DNA of 64,000 bases from Selaginella moellendorffii (lineage: Eukaryota > Plantae > Lycopodiophyta). Where the stretch lies: the NCBI RefSeq assembly GCF_000143415.4, contig NW_003314341.1:457137-521136 (forward strand). The letters run 5' to 3'. This document shows positions 1 to 12,777 of the stretch, piece by piece; position 1 is the first letter of the stretch; the number at the start of each line of letters is the position of its first letter. Position numbers and translations under genes: made by a program. Under the pieces are notes generated by a model that saw only the letters and a list, made by a program, of their open reading frames with translations, ran no database searches and had not been told where the DNA came from.

Positions 1-2490
1 ATACCGATGGCTAAAGAAGATATTCCTAAGAAGGCTTTTCATACATCGTTTAGTTTATATAAGTTTTTGGTGATGTTGTTCGGTTTGAACAATGTTTCTA
101 AGACTTTCCAACAGATGATGGATGAGGTTCTTTGTGATATGTTGGAGATAACTAATAACTTCATCAATGATGTCTTAATCCACTCGGAAGAGACATGGGA
201 GGAACACGTCTATAATATTTGTAAAGTGTTAGATTGGCTACAGGAAGTTAGTTTAAAGCTGAAGTGGTTGAAGTGCGTGTTTAGGTCCAAGGACACAACT
301 TACCTTGGGCACCGTATTTCTTGTGAAGGTTTGCAAGTTAATCTAAGGATGACAAACTTATGATTATTCTAAAGTTCCCTACTCCGAAGTGTTTGAATGA
401 TGTGGAACACTTCCTGGGTAAGGTGCAATATCTCGGTCCTTTTTTGGATCATTTTTCTAATCATATTGCACCATTGTGAGCATTACTAAAGTCATTAACG
501 TCATCTTTCATTTTGTCTACAAACTGCAAGTGGGATTTCATGGATCTCAAGCAACTATTGATGACTCTTCTGGTTTTGGCATATTCTAACTACACTCAAC
601 TTTTCATTTTGCACATGGATGCTTCTGATATTGATCTTGGAGGTGTGTTGATGCAAGAGAGGCCGAGTGTGCCTGGTCAGTGCTATCCTATTACATATAT
701 AAGCTATACATTACAACCAATAAAGGTGAACTACTCCACAACAAAGAAGGAGTGTTTAGTAGTAATTTGAGATTTTGAGAAACTTCATGCATATCTACAT
801 GGTTCTTAGACATTACTAGAAGGTGATCATGCTGTTGTTCATTATTGAAGTGGAAAAACCTAGTTATTTGCACTATCTGGTGGGATTTGAAGCTTTAGGT
901 ATATGATTTTGATATTGTTTATTGCCTAGGGACTTTTATGGCTGATGTTGATGCCCTTTCTCGAACTCTTCTTCCTTCTTCACTCTCTTCTCATATTTTT
1001 TACAAGCTTGTTGTTTCAACATCTATAGAATTTCTAGATAAGGATTCTATGCTATCATCAGTTGTTGTATTTGACATTCAATGTCCACAAGGTGCAAAGC
1101 AAGATTTACTTTCTCTTAATAAAGTTTGTAAAGCTAAAAGATTGAGCTATGGATTCGAAGGCTTTGAGATGGGTTTGAAAATCCTGCATCACTTGCTAAT
1201 GACTTACCATTTTGGCATTTACATTCTCAATATCATTTTGAATACGGCTTTCTTTATTTTATGCATAGTTGTGTTTGGTGCCAATCTTGTAGTACTCCTC
1301 CTCGTGCTACTAAAGGATGGTTAGAGTCAATTGCAATTTCTCATTTGTTTGAGTTAGTGGTATTTGATCTTATGGGACCTTTTCCACGATCGACTGCAGG
1401 CAATGAGTATGTTATTATTGCTTCTGACTACTTGACTCACTAGGTGGAAGTTGATGCTTTTGCTAGCACCTCTACTCTTGCTAGTGCCTTTGCAACTACT
1501 GTTGGATACTTCTTCTTCAATCAAGTGGTGTTTCAACATTTTTGTCCAGAGCGGATTTTTTCGGATAATGTGTAAGCTCCTAAGTTTGGACTTCCCGGGA
1601 AGTCACCCAGCCCAGTACTATTCAAACCTAAGGATGTTTAACCTTAAATATCCTAAGACCCTTAACCGATTGGAAAAAGGGGGTGCACTCTTATTCATGG
1701 GCCCTTTCTCTTTATATTTGAACCCCATGATCGTCTCTCAAGTCGTTCCCTTTTGCTGCTTATATAATGGTCTTATATTTATGGATAAGGCATTTCATAT
1801 TTTGACGTCTCAATTGGGGATACACCACACTTTCATGAGTGTTTATCATCCATAGACAAATAATTTAGTGGAATGGCTTGTTCAAATATTCAAATGGATG
1901 ATCATGAAGTATGTAAACTATTTGGATTGGGATGGTCATTTGCCATCTCTTTAGTATGCATATGTCACAGAGGTGTAGAGTTTTGTTGGTACTTCACCAT
2001 ATAAACTCTTATATAGCCATGATCTAATATTACCAATGGAGTTAGGTTTACCTTTGCAATTACCATGAGTTGCCAATACTAAGTTGTGGGATTAATATTT
2101 GACAAGCATTTTTCTTCTTGTCTAAGTAGAGTTTGCTGAACACCTAAGCCACATACAAATGGGACAATAATGGCACTATTAACTCCCATCATTGTCCACT
2201 TGCGAAGTATAAAGTGGATGATTTGGTGTTAATCAGTTTTCCCCATCTTATAGTATATGGTTTATCTAAAGGGTAGTCAAAAGGATTATATCAAGTGTTG
2301 CAGCAAGTTGGACCACAAGTTTGAGGTTCGGCATAATGTTTAGTGAGTTGATCTTCCAAAAATTGTAACGTTATACAAAGGGATTAAAAACAATTAGTAC
2401 CACTTACCAATTCACTGATGCCTTCTCCTAATGTTCCTCCAAATCTCGGCCCATCTACAAGAGAACCCTAATAGTCTTCTATTATTCCAA
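1..2490 (+). mobile_element. Decayed Ty3/gypsy pol fragment (RT, RNase H, integrase), interrupted by a solo LTR at 1571-1764
   Basis: ORF pieces carry RT motifs (KKAF..LYKFLVMLFGLNN, FINDVLIHS), RNase H motifs (FILHMDASDIDLGGVLMQ, NYSTTKKECL, ADVDALSR) and integrase motifs (HSCVWCQ, FELVVFDLMGPFP, IFSDNG, SVYHP). Many stops and frameshifts. Confidence 0.9.
1571..1764 (-). mobile_element. Solo LTR with 5S rRNA-like core (Cassandra-like TRIM)
   Basis: Ends TGTA...TATA (TACA mutated). 5-bp TSD TAATG at 1566-1570 and 1765-1769. Reverse-complement homologue of 28067-28261. Minus strand reads GTTAAACATCCTTAGGTTTGAATAGTACTGGGCTGGGTGACTTCCCGGGAAGTCC, similar to the plant 5S rRNA A-box to C-box region. 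Confidence 0.8.
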
Positions 2491-2500
2491 GAGGAGGGGA

Positions 2501-2803
2501 TGATATAAAATCTAAGTTTACGGTTATGATGCCATATACTAATATTGGTGTAATGGGATTTTAGATAGTTGTCGAATTAGTTTCAATTCGGACCACTTGC
2601 TCTTGTATATAAATTAAAGTTTTTAGGTTAATTGATATGCACATTTTTTGTATTCCTTTTCCATATTCCATGCACTCACTTCACACTTATTGATTTCTTT
2701 TAGATTTTTAATGTTTTGGTTTCCTCTAAAATCTCTGTTATATTTTTCTCTCATGATTCCTAGGGAATCTGGAATCATGAATAACACTTTAAATGCCACA
2801 TCA
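2501..2803 (+). mobile_element. Probable 3' LTR of the gypsy fragment
   Basis: Polypurine tract GAGGAGGGGA (2491-2500) directly precedes TGATAT. Candidate end ...ACATCA at 2803, giving TGAT/ATCA termini. TATA-like TATATAAA near 2606. The right end is inferred. Confidence 0.55.
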
Positions 2804-2849
2804 CCCACAACCCTGGGAGAGTACAAAACTAATCTGGGCTAACAAGATT

Positions 2850-3780
2850 ATAAGGAATGACTCCATAGATATGCTCTGCTTCAGTGGGAGCACCACAAGA
2901 AGCAAGCCAATCCACCACCTCTACCACCACCTGAGTTACCAGAGCTTCCTGAGGTGCTCACAGGTCCTCTTGCTGCAGAGTGGCAAGCCATAATAGACTC
3001 CAAGTATCAATCACTCTTGACAAATGACACTTGGACGCTAGTTCCAAAGCCAGCTGACAGACAAACCAAATGGCTATTTTAAGTACTAATCAGGTCGTTT
3101 GGTTCAGGTATATGGCCTGCAGATTTACACAATGGCTTAGATTTTACTGAGATGTACTCACCTGTGGTACATATGCTTGCTTTTTAGCAGCTCAATATGA
3201 TCTTGAGGTACATCAGATGTATGTACAGCGTTCCTGTATGAAGATCTCAATGAAGAAATCTTTATCCAGAAACCAAAGGGTTATCAGAAGCAGTTTGTCG
3301 CCTCAAGAAGCTTTATATGGTCTCAAACAATCTCCTAAAGCTTGGTTGGACAAATTTCTCAACTCTATTGGATTTTTTAGAAATGCTGCTAATCAGAAAC
3401 GTATTGAAAAGATGATGGCCCTTATTGCTTTACATGTTGATTTCGTCACAAACTGTCTTGCTTTTCTACAAAATATCAAAGAACAGATTTTTTTCTCAAT
3501 TTGAGATGGACAATCTCGGTGACATTAAGTTCTGTCTTGGTCTTAATATTATATGGGACCAGTTCCATAGGTGATGAAATTCTCAAATGGTTTCCTGTTT
3601 CCACCCTATGGAGGTTAACCTTTATTCTTCAACCATTTCCAACAACATCCATGACCGAAAGACAGCTACGCTATCACTATGTCCAGGAGCTTGTTCTCCA
3701 AGTTTGCTCAACCATGAGGCAGCTAGCTGATATACTGACCAAGTCTCTTCCATAAGATAAGTCTGGTTTCAATTGCAACA
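2850..3780 (+). mobile_element. Decayed, internally deleted Ty1/copia RT-RNase H fragment
   Basis: Motifs YQSLLTNDTWTLVPKP, ALYGLKQSPKAW, RYHYVQE and QLADILTKSLP, spread across frameshifts. Confidence 0.85.
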
Positions 3781-4575
3781 GTTTACAGTTGCAGGAGTAA
3801 CAGGAGCAGCCATGACATCAGTAAATCTAGGCCTGGGATTAGTGTAAATCCACGGGCCACATACCTGGGTTTAAACCAAACAACCTGATTCGCTGCGTTC
3901 CTCTTAACTCGAAATAACCATTTGGTTGACACCACTTGTTTGTCAGCTGCACATCACGAGCCTGCCATCTAAATTCTGTTGCTTTGGAGCTGGGCGTTTT
4001 TGTGTCAATCACGAACCGATGATGGAGCAGCCGTAGCTGGATATCACGATCGACGTCAATTTCATCTACGTCGTCGACTTGGATGCCCGAACTTTCTTTG
4101 TGGAGTCCTGATATGCTTCACAGGTTCGCACCTTCCATCCAAGCGTTGAATCAGTTTGGATGAACACACAGGATCGTGTATCGATGGACAAATTCCCAAA
4201 CAACTGGATGCGGTGGCTGCATGTTCCCACGCCATGGATGCCCACCGCAAGCTAAAAAGAATGTCCTTGAGAAGCTAAACAGTGATGAGAAATGGATCCT
4301 CCGATTCGTGGTCGACAAGCTCACCGCTCCATACCAGAGCTTCGAAGAGTGCCCCGAGTTTCTGCAGCTGATCCAGGACTATATGCTTGTGGAAGATGAC
4401 AATTCCGGCGCAGCTGCTGCGTAAAGATTGAAAAGAGAGTGGAGCAGTTCCGTGAGCCTGGCCAGCAGAGGCACACGCTATCCAGGATGAAGGGACAATG
4501 GTTTCCAAAGTCTTGCTTCTTCCGTTCTACAATCGCGTTTGGCGAGTGTTTTATCATTTATGAACTTAGTTTCAA

Positions 4576-5910
4576 TCACCACCCAAGCAATAGCAACTTC
4601 AGCAACGCCATACGAATGAAAAGACCATTTTTGGCCTGTCTAAAATACGCAGCTCTTGGATCGACATCTACTTCTGTGGTAATCTGCACACACACGAAAC
4701 CAAATAAGACAACGAAACAAATGTGTGTGAGACAGATACCTCGTCAAGCCTGGGAAGAGGATGCAAAACAACGGCATGGCTTTGAAGCACATCCACTACT
4801 TTGCGGTCCACAATGTACTTTCCACGGGCCTGGTTGTAGAGCTCGATCTTGTCGCCAAATCTCTCGCGTTGAATGCGCGTCTGGTAAATGACATCGCATT
4901 TGGATGCCACTTCCATGAGATCCTTCGACTCTTCCCACTCTATGTTCTTGGAGGTAAGATACTCTTTGATATCATCCTTCACACAAGAAGCAAAGAGCTC
5001 GTAAGAAAACTCATGGGACTTCTTCTTCGTCTCCTCATACCTTCATCTTCACCACGTCTGGAGAGACGAAGTAGAACTTGACACCATCGTACTTGGCGAG
5101 CAAGTAGGCCAGAGATCGAACAGTTCTTCCGTTGGCAAGGTCCCCAACGAGCCCGACTTTGATCCCGTCGAGACGCCCGGTCTCTCTCTGAATCGTGTAA
5201 ACATCTAGCAGTGCCTGCCAAAGATCCAAGCGTTTTTCCTTACTCGATACAACGAAGGAAGCAAGAACTTTGAGCTACCTGCGTGGGATGCTGCCCAGGT
5301 CCATCGCCAGCATTGATCACTGGGATGCTCGACACAGCGGCAGCTTGCTTGGCAGCTCCACTCTCAAAGTGTCTCATCACGATTATATCCGAGTAGCCTT
5401 CCACCGTCCTGATCGTGTCTGATAGACATCTTTGAGCTTCCGAGATCGAAGAAAAACAATGGAGAGAGAGAACCAAACCTCACCTTCGAGCGTCTCCCCT
5501 TTGGCAGCCGACGAGAACTCGCGAGCATTCTCCGTGGTGAGCACTTCTCCACCCAGGCGCTTCATGGCCGACTCAAACGACAGCCTCGTCCTCGTCGATG
5601 GCTCGTAAAACAGCGTCGCCATGAGATATCCCTTGAGCATCGTGGAGCCGCCGCCGGATCTCCCCTCCACGATCGCCTCCATCTCCTTGGCCACGCCAAA
5701 GATCCCCTCCAGCAGCTCCCGGTCGAATTGCTGCGCCTCGAGGACGTGCTCCACCTCGAACTTCCGCCCTAGCATCACACCGCCGCTCGCATTCGCGGCC
5801 CTGGAGAATCCAACGCGACAATCCACGCGCTGCTGCCATCGCCGCCGCCGCCGATCATCCACATTCCACTGCGGCGACAATCCCTGGCGCGGCGCTAGAG
5901 CTACCTCCAT
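4576..5910 (-). CDS. PYRB: Aspartate carbamoyltransferase (plastid), 5 exons, ~361 aa
   Basis: Exons 5910-5484, 5418-5279, 5214-5041, 4976-4740 and 4683-4576 with GT-AG introns total 1086 nt in frame. Motifs [40 protein letters not shown]. Transit-peptide-like N-terminus. Confidence 0.95.
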
Positions 5911-5915
5911 CGCCC

Positions 5916-5930
5916 AAGGGTTTAGGGTTT
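5916..5930 (-). promoter_or_regulatory. Telo-box (AAACCCTA) just upstream of the pyrB ATG
   Basis: Plus strand AGGGTTTAGGGTTT lies a few nt upstream of the start codon at 5910. Telo-boxes are common in plant 5' UTRs of housekeeping genes. Confidence 0.5.
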
Positions 5931-5978
5931 ATCAAAAGCATATCCAGGGAATAAGTGTGTTCTTCGTCTTCGTCCCTT

Positions 5979-8900
5979 TCACGAAGGTGGTCGTCTCCTC
6001 CTGGGAGCCACTTCCTCCTCGCCATCTCTACCAGGCCTGCTACTCGAAAACCCTCTGTCCCTCCTCCGCCTATCGTGATTCCTCTCTAACTCGACGTCAA
6101 ATCTCCCCGACGAGATCCGCCCAACGTCGCCAGGCCCAAGATCCCACCCCGAAGTTCGAGGCTCTCGCTGCGACTCCAGGCAATGCTGCTGCTGCTGCTG
6201 GTGATGGTGGTACTCCATCTCGAAAAACCTCCGCTCGTCTCTTCGATCACTCAAGCGCTTGAGCCCCGCGGGTGGCGACCTCTGGCCTCGCGGGGGTGGT
6301 GGCGGCAGCGGAAGCTTTGGAACCGACGACGCCGGAGACATCTCTCTCGCCGAGCTCGCGTACCCCGGAGGAGGAGACCGGCTGTGGTGCCTCAGACTCT
6401 TCCGAGGCGAGTCACTCCTGGACCTCGATCTCGATCGCCGACGGATGCTCGGGCTCCTCTCCCTGCGGTGATCCCATCTCTCCGGATGCGGCTCACCAAC
6501 GTAGCCACCACCTCGACCATCCGGCGCTGCTCTCATTGCCGGACTGTCCAAACTGTGACCACCACCGTAGCTCCTGTCAAACACCCCACGACTGCTTCGC
6601 AAGCCGGGGCTTACTCCCACCATTCCCATCCCGGGGCCGACTCTCAGCGCCGGACTCAAACCGATGCCTCTCCCTGGAGGAGCCATGGCTTCCGGGTCCG
6701 CTGCTCGAGTGGGATTCAGGATCAAGGGAGGAGGATTCCGTCCTGCTGCTGGAAATGGTCTTCCGCCACCACCCCGGACCACCGCCGCTCCTGGACTACC
6801 GGCCTTGGTGATGGTGCCGTCCGGTGCTACAACGAAGCCGCTACTCTCCACCTTTGCAGCGGCCACGGCGGCGGCGTTAGCTTGGCCGTGGGGACCAAAC
6901 CCGCCGCCACCCTCGGAGAAACGAGCTGGCGGAGAAAGGTGGTGCTTTGGACCCCACTGTCCCGGCGGAACCACGGAACCATTCATCCATGGTTCCGCTC
7001 TTCGAGGTACGAGTGGAGAGCTCGGACCACCCCGACTTCTACCACGTCCAAAATCGCGAGAGTAGAACCTGTCCGAATCGTACATCTCGTTCCTGCAAAG
7101 AGTAACAAAGCTTGAGTAGAGTTTCCAGATGCAAGAATGGGTCGGCTTACCTCTGATCGTGATGGTCGTGCCTACTCCACGCTGGATCCTCGTGTCTAAA
7201 CCTATCGTAGCTTTCAAACTGCGACACTCGGGAGCCTGCTGGTGGTCGTAAGCGATTGCCGGTCCAGGCATTTGGCCTCACACCACGCCTGAAAAGCTCC
7301 TTGGAAGCACGTAAAGCTTCTTCTGCTGTGTCGAAGCCTTCAGGAAGCTGATCCCATCCAGAAGCCTTTACCCGCCGCGTCGCGCCAACATTCTTCTCTG
7401 GTTTGGACTCTTCGTCGCCGCTAGCAGTAGGCTGACCTTCACCGCTTTTGTAATCACCTGACGAAGGACCTTCTTTGTTGTCGTTGTCAGATTCACGTTT
7501 GGCTTCGAGCTCGTGAATCTCTCCTTGTTCACCTTCGGAATCCCCTTCCGCTCGCGCCACCTTTTCATCCACTGTTTCCACCGGCTCATCTCCTTCCTCA
7601 GAGTCATCATAATCAACGTGCTCAGCATCACAGGCCTCTTCGGCCCAGTCCTCAGCAGTTATTTGACCCTCCTCCACTTTCTCAGCCTCCTCGACCTCCA
7701 CTCGCACTTTATCTGACTCGGGTTCTTCTTCCTCTTCGAACGTGTCATCCTCTTGAAAGACTTCTTTGTCCTCAGCTTCACCGGTCCTTTTCACCCCGGA
7801 GTCTTCAAAGGTCTTTGGATCATCATCCTTGGTGTCACCGTTTATATCCTCGACTGCCTCGGCCTGAGTTTGATCACTACTACCCTTAGCCGGTGACGGA
7901 AAAGAGTCAGGCTCCTGTTCCTGTTCCGGAGATGCTTGATAATCGGCAGTGTCCCCCTGGGCTTGACCTTCGTCTCTGGCATTATCAGCTTCATTTTTCT
8001 CTTCGGTGCTCTGCATGCTTGTCGCACACAACTCCTCGGTTGTCCTGTCTTTGGTTGCGGCTTCATCTGTATCGGACGTAGCATGCTCTGTGATGTTCCC
8101 AGAAACTATCTCTTGAGACTTCTCAGCACCTGCGTCGATGCAGTAATCAGGTCCATCTTCACACGGACGTTCCCACGCATCCATGCCTTTATTCAAGTCC
8201 CAGTGAGAGCGTTTGCCATGAGAGTCACCACTGTCAACGTCCTTCCTCATGCCGCCGTCTTCATCTCCATCAATATCCCTTCTAAAATTATCCATACGCT
8301 CGTAATCTTCATCCTTCACCAGATCATAATCGTGAAGCCCCGGCTCTTCTTCTTCTTCGACTTTGTTCTGAGTGCACTTTGGTAGTCTTTCGTCCACCAC
8401 TTTGTCTGACTCCAGCTTCCCATATCTGCTCCCTGAAAACTCGTCCCTGTTCACCTTTATCGACGGAGATGGAGACCTGGATGGTGGCGATGGAGACCGC
8501 ACAGAATCCATAATTTGTATCCTCCGCTTTTTTATTGGAACAGTGGACGCCGCATTACTAAAACGACCTCCCAAAAGACTGGCTTCAGGCTGGAATATGC
8601 ACAAGTCAGAGAGAATAGACAGTATGAACACAAGCCATACCTTTCTTGCTTCAACGTCTGCTTTTTCCTGTGCCTCGTGAGATTTTCCTGTGTGTACGCC
8701 TTCATCGGCTTCAGTTTTCCCTGGATGCGCCAGCGCACTACGCAATCTCTTGACGCACTTCGTAGAACTGGTGTCCGTAGCAGGGGCTCGTTTTGACGAA
8801 CGCTTGGATGCAGGAGGCTTGGCAGAGCCACAGGCGTGGCATGTGTGCGGCTGCTTACTTCGATCTTTCTGCGTCAAAACCTCCAGTGCTAGCGTGACAC

Positions 8901-10475
8901 AGCTAGGATGAGCAGAGACTGCAGCATTATCACATGTACATGGCTGTATCTGCACAGAAAAACCATAGCTGTAAATGCTTCTGTCCCAAAAATTCCGCGC
9001 GACAAATATCTGCTTCCTACAACTTTTCTACACCGACTGCCAAGCCTGCATGCCCCCTGTGAGACCTCTGAAACGACTATGCACTAGATTTCCTCCGAGT
9101 GGTTTCTATCCTGAGAGTTACCACCACGTACCATGGTTTCGAAATCTTCATTGTCTTCGCAGCCACAAAGGGAACAAACGGACTCATCTCCTGTGTCCCT
9201 CGCCTTTGGCGTGTTAGTCCAAGAATCTCCTGAATTTAGTAGTACCCTACCCTCCTCCTGCAACAAAAACCTGTCTGAGCATCGAGTGATTATAATGCTT
9301 TTCCCCTAGGACTGATGCGAACATCTGGAATCCCTGCTCAAGAACGCACAGGCAATCTCTCTATCATCCATCCATCCACCCATCCATCTCTCTCAAGAGG
9401 GAGCACAAAAAGCAAATCAGCTTTTTCCAAAGGCAAGTCTCAGGCAAAGAGGGCACGAAATAACTCCAGCTTCTGTGCACACGAAGGAAGCCACTTTTCC
9501 CTGTCAATATATCTATCCTGTGTGTTTTTCCCCACTCATCTGACGTGCATGCCTCGAAACTAACCTGTTCATCCATACTGATGACAAAAACCTCCTCTTT
9601 CTGCGCCCTCAGGCAGGCGGAGCAGATGTAATCCGCTGCTATCTGCAAGAGAGATCAAACATCTGTTTTAGCGTCCTTGAGCTGTGCAAAGGACCTCTTG
9701 TAGCATCCTGTTTTCTAAAAGCTATAATCCGAGGAGGGAGAAAAGACCACACCTGCGAGCTGGAGTCCAGACACTCCAGATGTTCCCGAGTAGAACACAC
9801 CTCACAAGTCACCATTTGACCTCTGCTACGGTTCTTCCCACACCTGCAATCCACCTTGTCCCCTTTGTCAAATCCCACCAGCGCGCTCGGGTGCTTGAGG
9901 CCCCGCTCGGCATCAAGCTCGTGCTGCTGCGACGATGGCATGCCCTCCATCGCCTGCTGCTGGTGCCGCTGCTCCCGCCACTGGCAAAACGCGGCGCTCC
10001 TCGCAAACAAGACCGCCCTCTTCACCAATTCCTCGTCGCCCGCGCTGCTGCTACTCCTAGATCGATCCCGTTGCTGCTTGGGCAATCTCCGGGGATGGAA
10101 CGACATGGCCCTCAGCTGCCCATTCGCGAGTCTGGACATGATCACGGCGAATCGAAGACCTGTCCACCTGTTTTGGCGGAGGCAAATGTAAGACCTGGTC
10201 CGATTATCGGATGGTACCCTATCCAGTCGCGACGACGCGCCCGTGTCCTCGCGGAGGAGGAATTTCTTGAATGCGGGCACGGCATCGGTGCTGGCGGCGA
10301 ACCACGCCGCATCGCCACAACCAAGATCATCCCCATCAAACCTCCGGATGCGCGTGGGATGCTGCCCCACATCCACCACCACGCTCATCTGCTTGCCATT
10401 GCCCGACTCCGTGACGCGCAGCACGCCCTTGGCGCTCGCGCTCGCCCCGACGCCCGCCTTCTTCCTCGCCTTCAT
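5979..10475 (-). CDS. Large protein (~1262 aa): N-terminal domain, PHD finger, RING-CH(RINGv)-like finger, acidic region, Gly/Pro/RS-rich C-terminus
   Basis: Exons 10475-9753, 9642-9565, 9257-9132, 8949-8641, 8589-7151 and 7092-5979 are all GT-AG and sum to 3789 nt in frame. PHD: CRCG..VTCEVCSTREHLEC..YICSAC. RINGv: CSLC..PCTC..HPSC..CHAC. Motifs PIKKRR, WDLNKGMDAWE and SGWDQLP resemble an uncharacterised plant family (At5g13590-like, from memory). It could instead be two genes. Confidence 0.7.
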
Positions 10476-10887
10476 CGCCCACAAAAACCCTAAGTCACCG
10501 CCATGGTGGAGTGGGAGAAAACGAAAAAGGTCCGCTTTAGGTTTTCGCACCTTTGTTTTGCTTGCCGATAAAGAAGCGTGGAGCCGTCGGATGCAATCGA
10601 TCGTGCGGTATGTGGCGAGATTACGGTCGGCGCGGCTCGCAATGCGACTGACAAAAGCTGGCGGGGACCAATGGTGTGTGGACACCTAGCGCACTCTGGT
10701 TGGGCCACGTGGGAGAATGGATTATCAAACCGGCGCTAGTCCTAGACCTTAGCATGTATAGCTAGCTAGGACCACTTTGTTTTTGGTTGACTGGAATGGA
10801 TCAATTCAAGAATATATTTCAGGGTTCTATCTGTAAGGATAGGAAGAACCTAGGAAGCTTTGGAATTTCTTGAACAGTGCTCGGGTT

Positions 10888-12777
10888 TTACACAGAAGAA
10901 CTTACGAAACCTTTGGGATTTCTGGATGAAGCTCCAAGAATTGTTGTCCATGCCACTCTTTCGGGAACAAAGGGCATGGAATCCACCAATTCTCTCGCGT
11001 TTCTAAGCTGGCCGGATCTCCCAAATGCGTCGATCATGCAGCAGTAAAGCTCCACGTCCGGTTCGATGCCAAAATCTGCGGCCATTCGAAGGAAGTAGCC
11101 TCGGGCAACACTGACGAGCCCGCGATGACTGCACGAGAGAAGAATGCTCGAGAAACACCCGGGATCGATTGGATGAACAGCCCACAAGTTCATGTCTTGG
11201 AAGAAACGTACGGCCTGATTGACACGGCCTCTGCGACAGTACGTCGTTATCAAAATGTTCCACGACGCGGAATCTCTCTTGGGCATGGCGTCAAAGAACG
11301 CTTCCGTCATCGGGAGATTCCCAGTCTGAGAATACGCCATTGCCATTACGTTCCAAGACACAGTGTCCTTCCTGGGAAAGTTTTGAAACAGGGATTCTGC
11401 CTCTAAAATCTTAAAGTTCTGAGCGTAAGCTACCAGCATCGTATTCCAGGTCGTCATGTCCTGGTCTCTCATTGTGTGAAAACATCTCTTACAGTCTTCC
11501 AAATGCCCTAACGCGGCATTTGCTGAAATGAATGAGTTACACACGACAACATCTACAAATCGCAAGGAGTTAAACAAGTGCACTGCAATTTCTATTTTGT
11601 TTTTAGAGAAATAAAAACTGATCATTATGGTGTAGGCAAAGATATCGTGCTCAGGCATAGAATTTCTAAAAAACGTTTCACAATCTTCAAGACACCCCGG
11701 CTGGGCATATGTGGCAAGCAAAGCATTGCATGCCACTATGTCCCTCTCGGGCATCTTCTTGAGAATCTCCTGCGATTCGCCCATCCCTACACGCCCAATT
11801 AGGCTTGACCACGTCACCAAGTTTCTTTCCGGCATCGTTTCCAGGAGCTCCCGAGCATTGTCAACTTCTCCGCATTGAGCCTCCGCACAAATCATGGTAT
11901 TCCAAGTCGACAGATTCCAATAAGGCATGGATTTAAAAACTTCTCGTGCATCTTCCAATTGAGGAATCTGGGCAAATGCATTGAGCATCACCGCCCAAGA
12001 TATCAAATTCTTCTCTGCCATCCTTTCAAAGATGACTTGTGCTGATTCTAAATGCTTACTCTCCGCAAATCCTTGCAGCAAAACCGTCCAAGAAACCACA
12101 TTATGCTCTGGAACCGCATCAAACATCGCCTTCGCGCGATCAATTTCCCCTGTTTGGAAGCAGGCGTTGATCATCGCTGTCCAAGAGACTATTGTGTGTT
12201 CTGGCGATCGATCGAACAGAAACTTGGCTCTCTGGTAATGCCGATGGCTTACCAAAGCCTGAATCATAGTATCCCAGGAGACGGAGTTCCTCTCTAGCAT
12301 GCCGTGAAAGATTCTCTCGGATTCTAGAATGTCCCCGACTTGGGCATATGCTTGAACCATGGCAGTCCAGGAGACCACATTCCATCGCGGCATCCTATCA
12401 AATATTCCTTTAGCTTGTGTGAGATTACCGCATTGGGCACAGGCGACGATCACAGTTGTCCACGAAACAACGTCACGCTGCTCCATGTCATCGAATGTTC
12501 TCTTTGCATCTTCCAGATGCCCATGCAGGGCATATGCCGAGAGGAGTATATTCCAGGAGAAGACGTTGGGTCTTCCGATCGCTGTGAATGCCCGCTCTGC
12601 CTCGACAAGATCCCCGCACTTGGCATACATCTCGACCGTCAAATTCGCGAGGTATCGATCGCAGCCGTGGACACTGTCGAGAAGGACGGCGTGGATTCGC
12701 TTTGCCTGCCCAAGATCCCTGGAATCTCCTGCCGATTTGAGGAGCCTCGCGAGCTCTTGTGTCGTCGTTCTTTCCAT
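10888..12777 (-). CDS. PLS-class pentatricopeptide repeat protein, ending in a partial E domain, no DYW
   Basis: Intronless 629-aa ORF with many ~31-aa repeats (..MPERNVVSWT.MI.A.AQ.G....A...FD). Ends with YCCMIDAFGRSGQL..MPFVPERVAWTTILGAS. Confidence 0.93.
   Translation of the reverse strand: MERTTTQELARLLKSAGDSRDLGQAKRIHAVLLDSVHGCDRYLANLTVEMYAKCGDLVEAERAFTAIGRPNVFSWNILLSAYALHGHLEDAKRTFDDMEQRDVVSWTTVIVACAQCGNLTQAKGIFDRMPRWNVVSWTAMVQAYAQVGDILESERIFHGMLERNSVSWDTMIQALVSHRHYQRAKFLFDRSPEHTIVSWTAMINACFQTGEIDRAKAMFDAVPEHNVVSWTVLLQGFAESKHLESAQVIFERMAEKNLISWAVMLNAFAQIPQLEDAREVFKSMPYWNLSTWNTMICAEAQCGEVDNARELLETMPERNLVTWSSLIGRVGMGESQEILKKMPERDIVACNALLATYAQPGCLEDCETFFRNSMPEHDIFAYTIMISFYFSKNKIEIAVHLFNSLRFVDVVVCNSFISANAALGHLEDCKRCFHTMRDQDMTTWNTMLVAYAQNFKILEAESLFQNFPRKDTVSWNVMAMAYSQTGNLPMTEAFFDAMPKRDSASWNILITTYCRRGRVNQAVRFFQDMNLWAVHPIDPGCFSSILLSCSHRGLVSVARGYFLRMAADFGIEPDVELYCCMIDAFGRSGQLRNARELVDSMPFVPERVAWTTILGASSRNPKGFVSSSV

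Noticed and set aside
4020-4424. Possible small gene converging on pyrB (…WILRFVVDKLTAPYQSFEECPEFLQLIQDY…)
   Set aside because: It looks coding-like, but I could not identify a start, exon structure or family, so it is left uncalled.
5621-7115. Plus-strand ORFs of 130-310 aa overlapping pyrB and the G/P/R-rich exon (similarly 9684-10493 and 56677-57555)
   Set aside because: They are antisense shadows of real genes with no motifs of their own.
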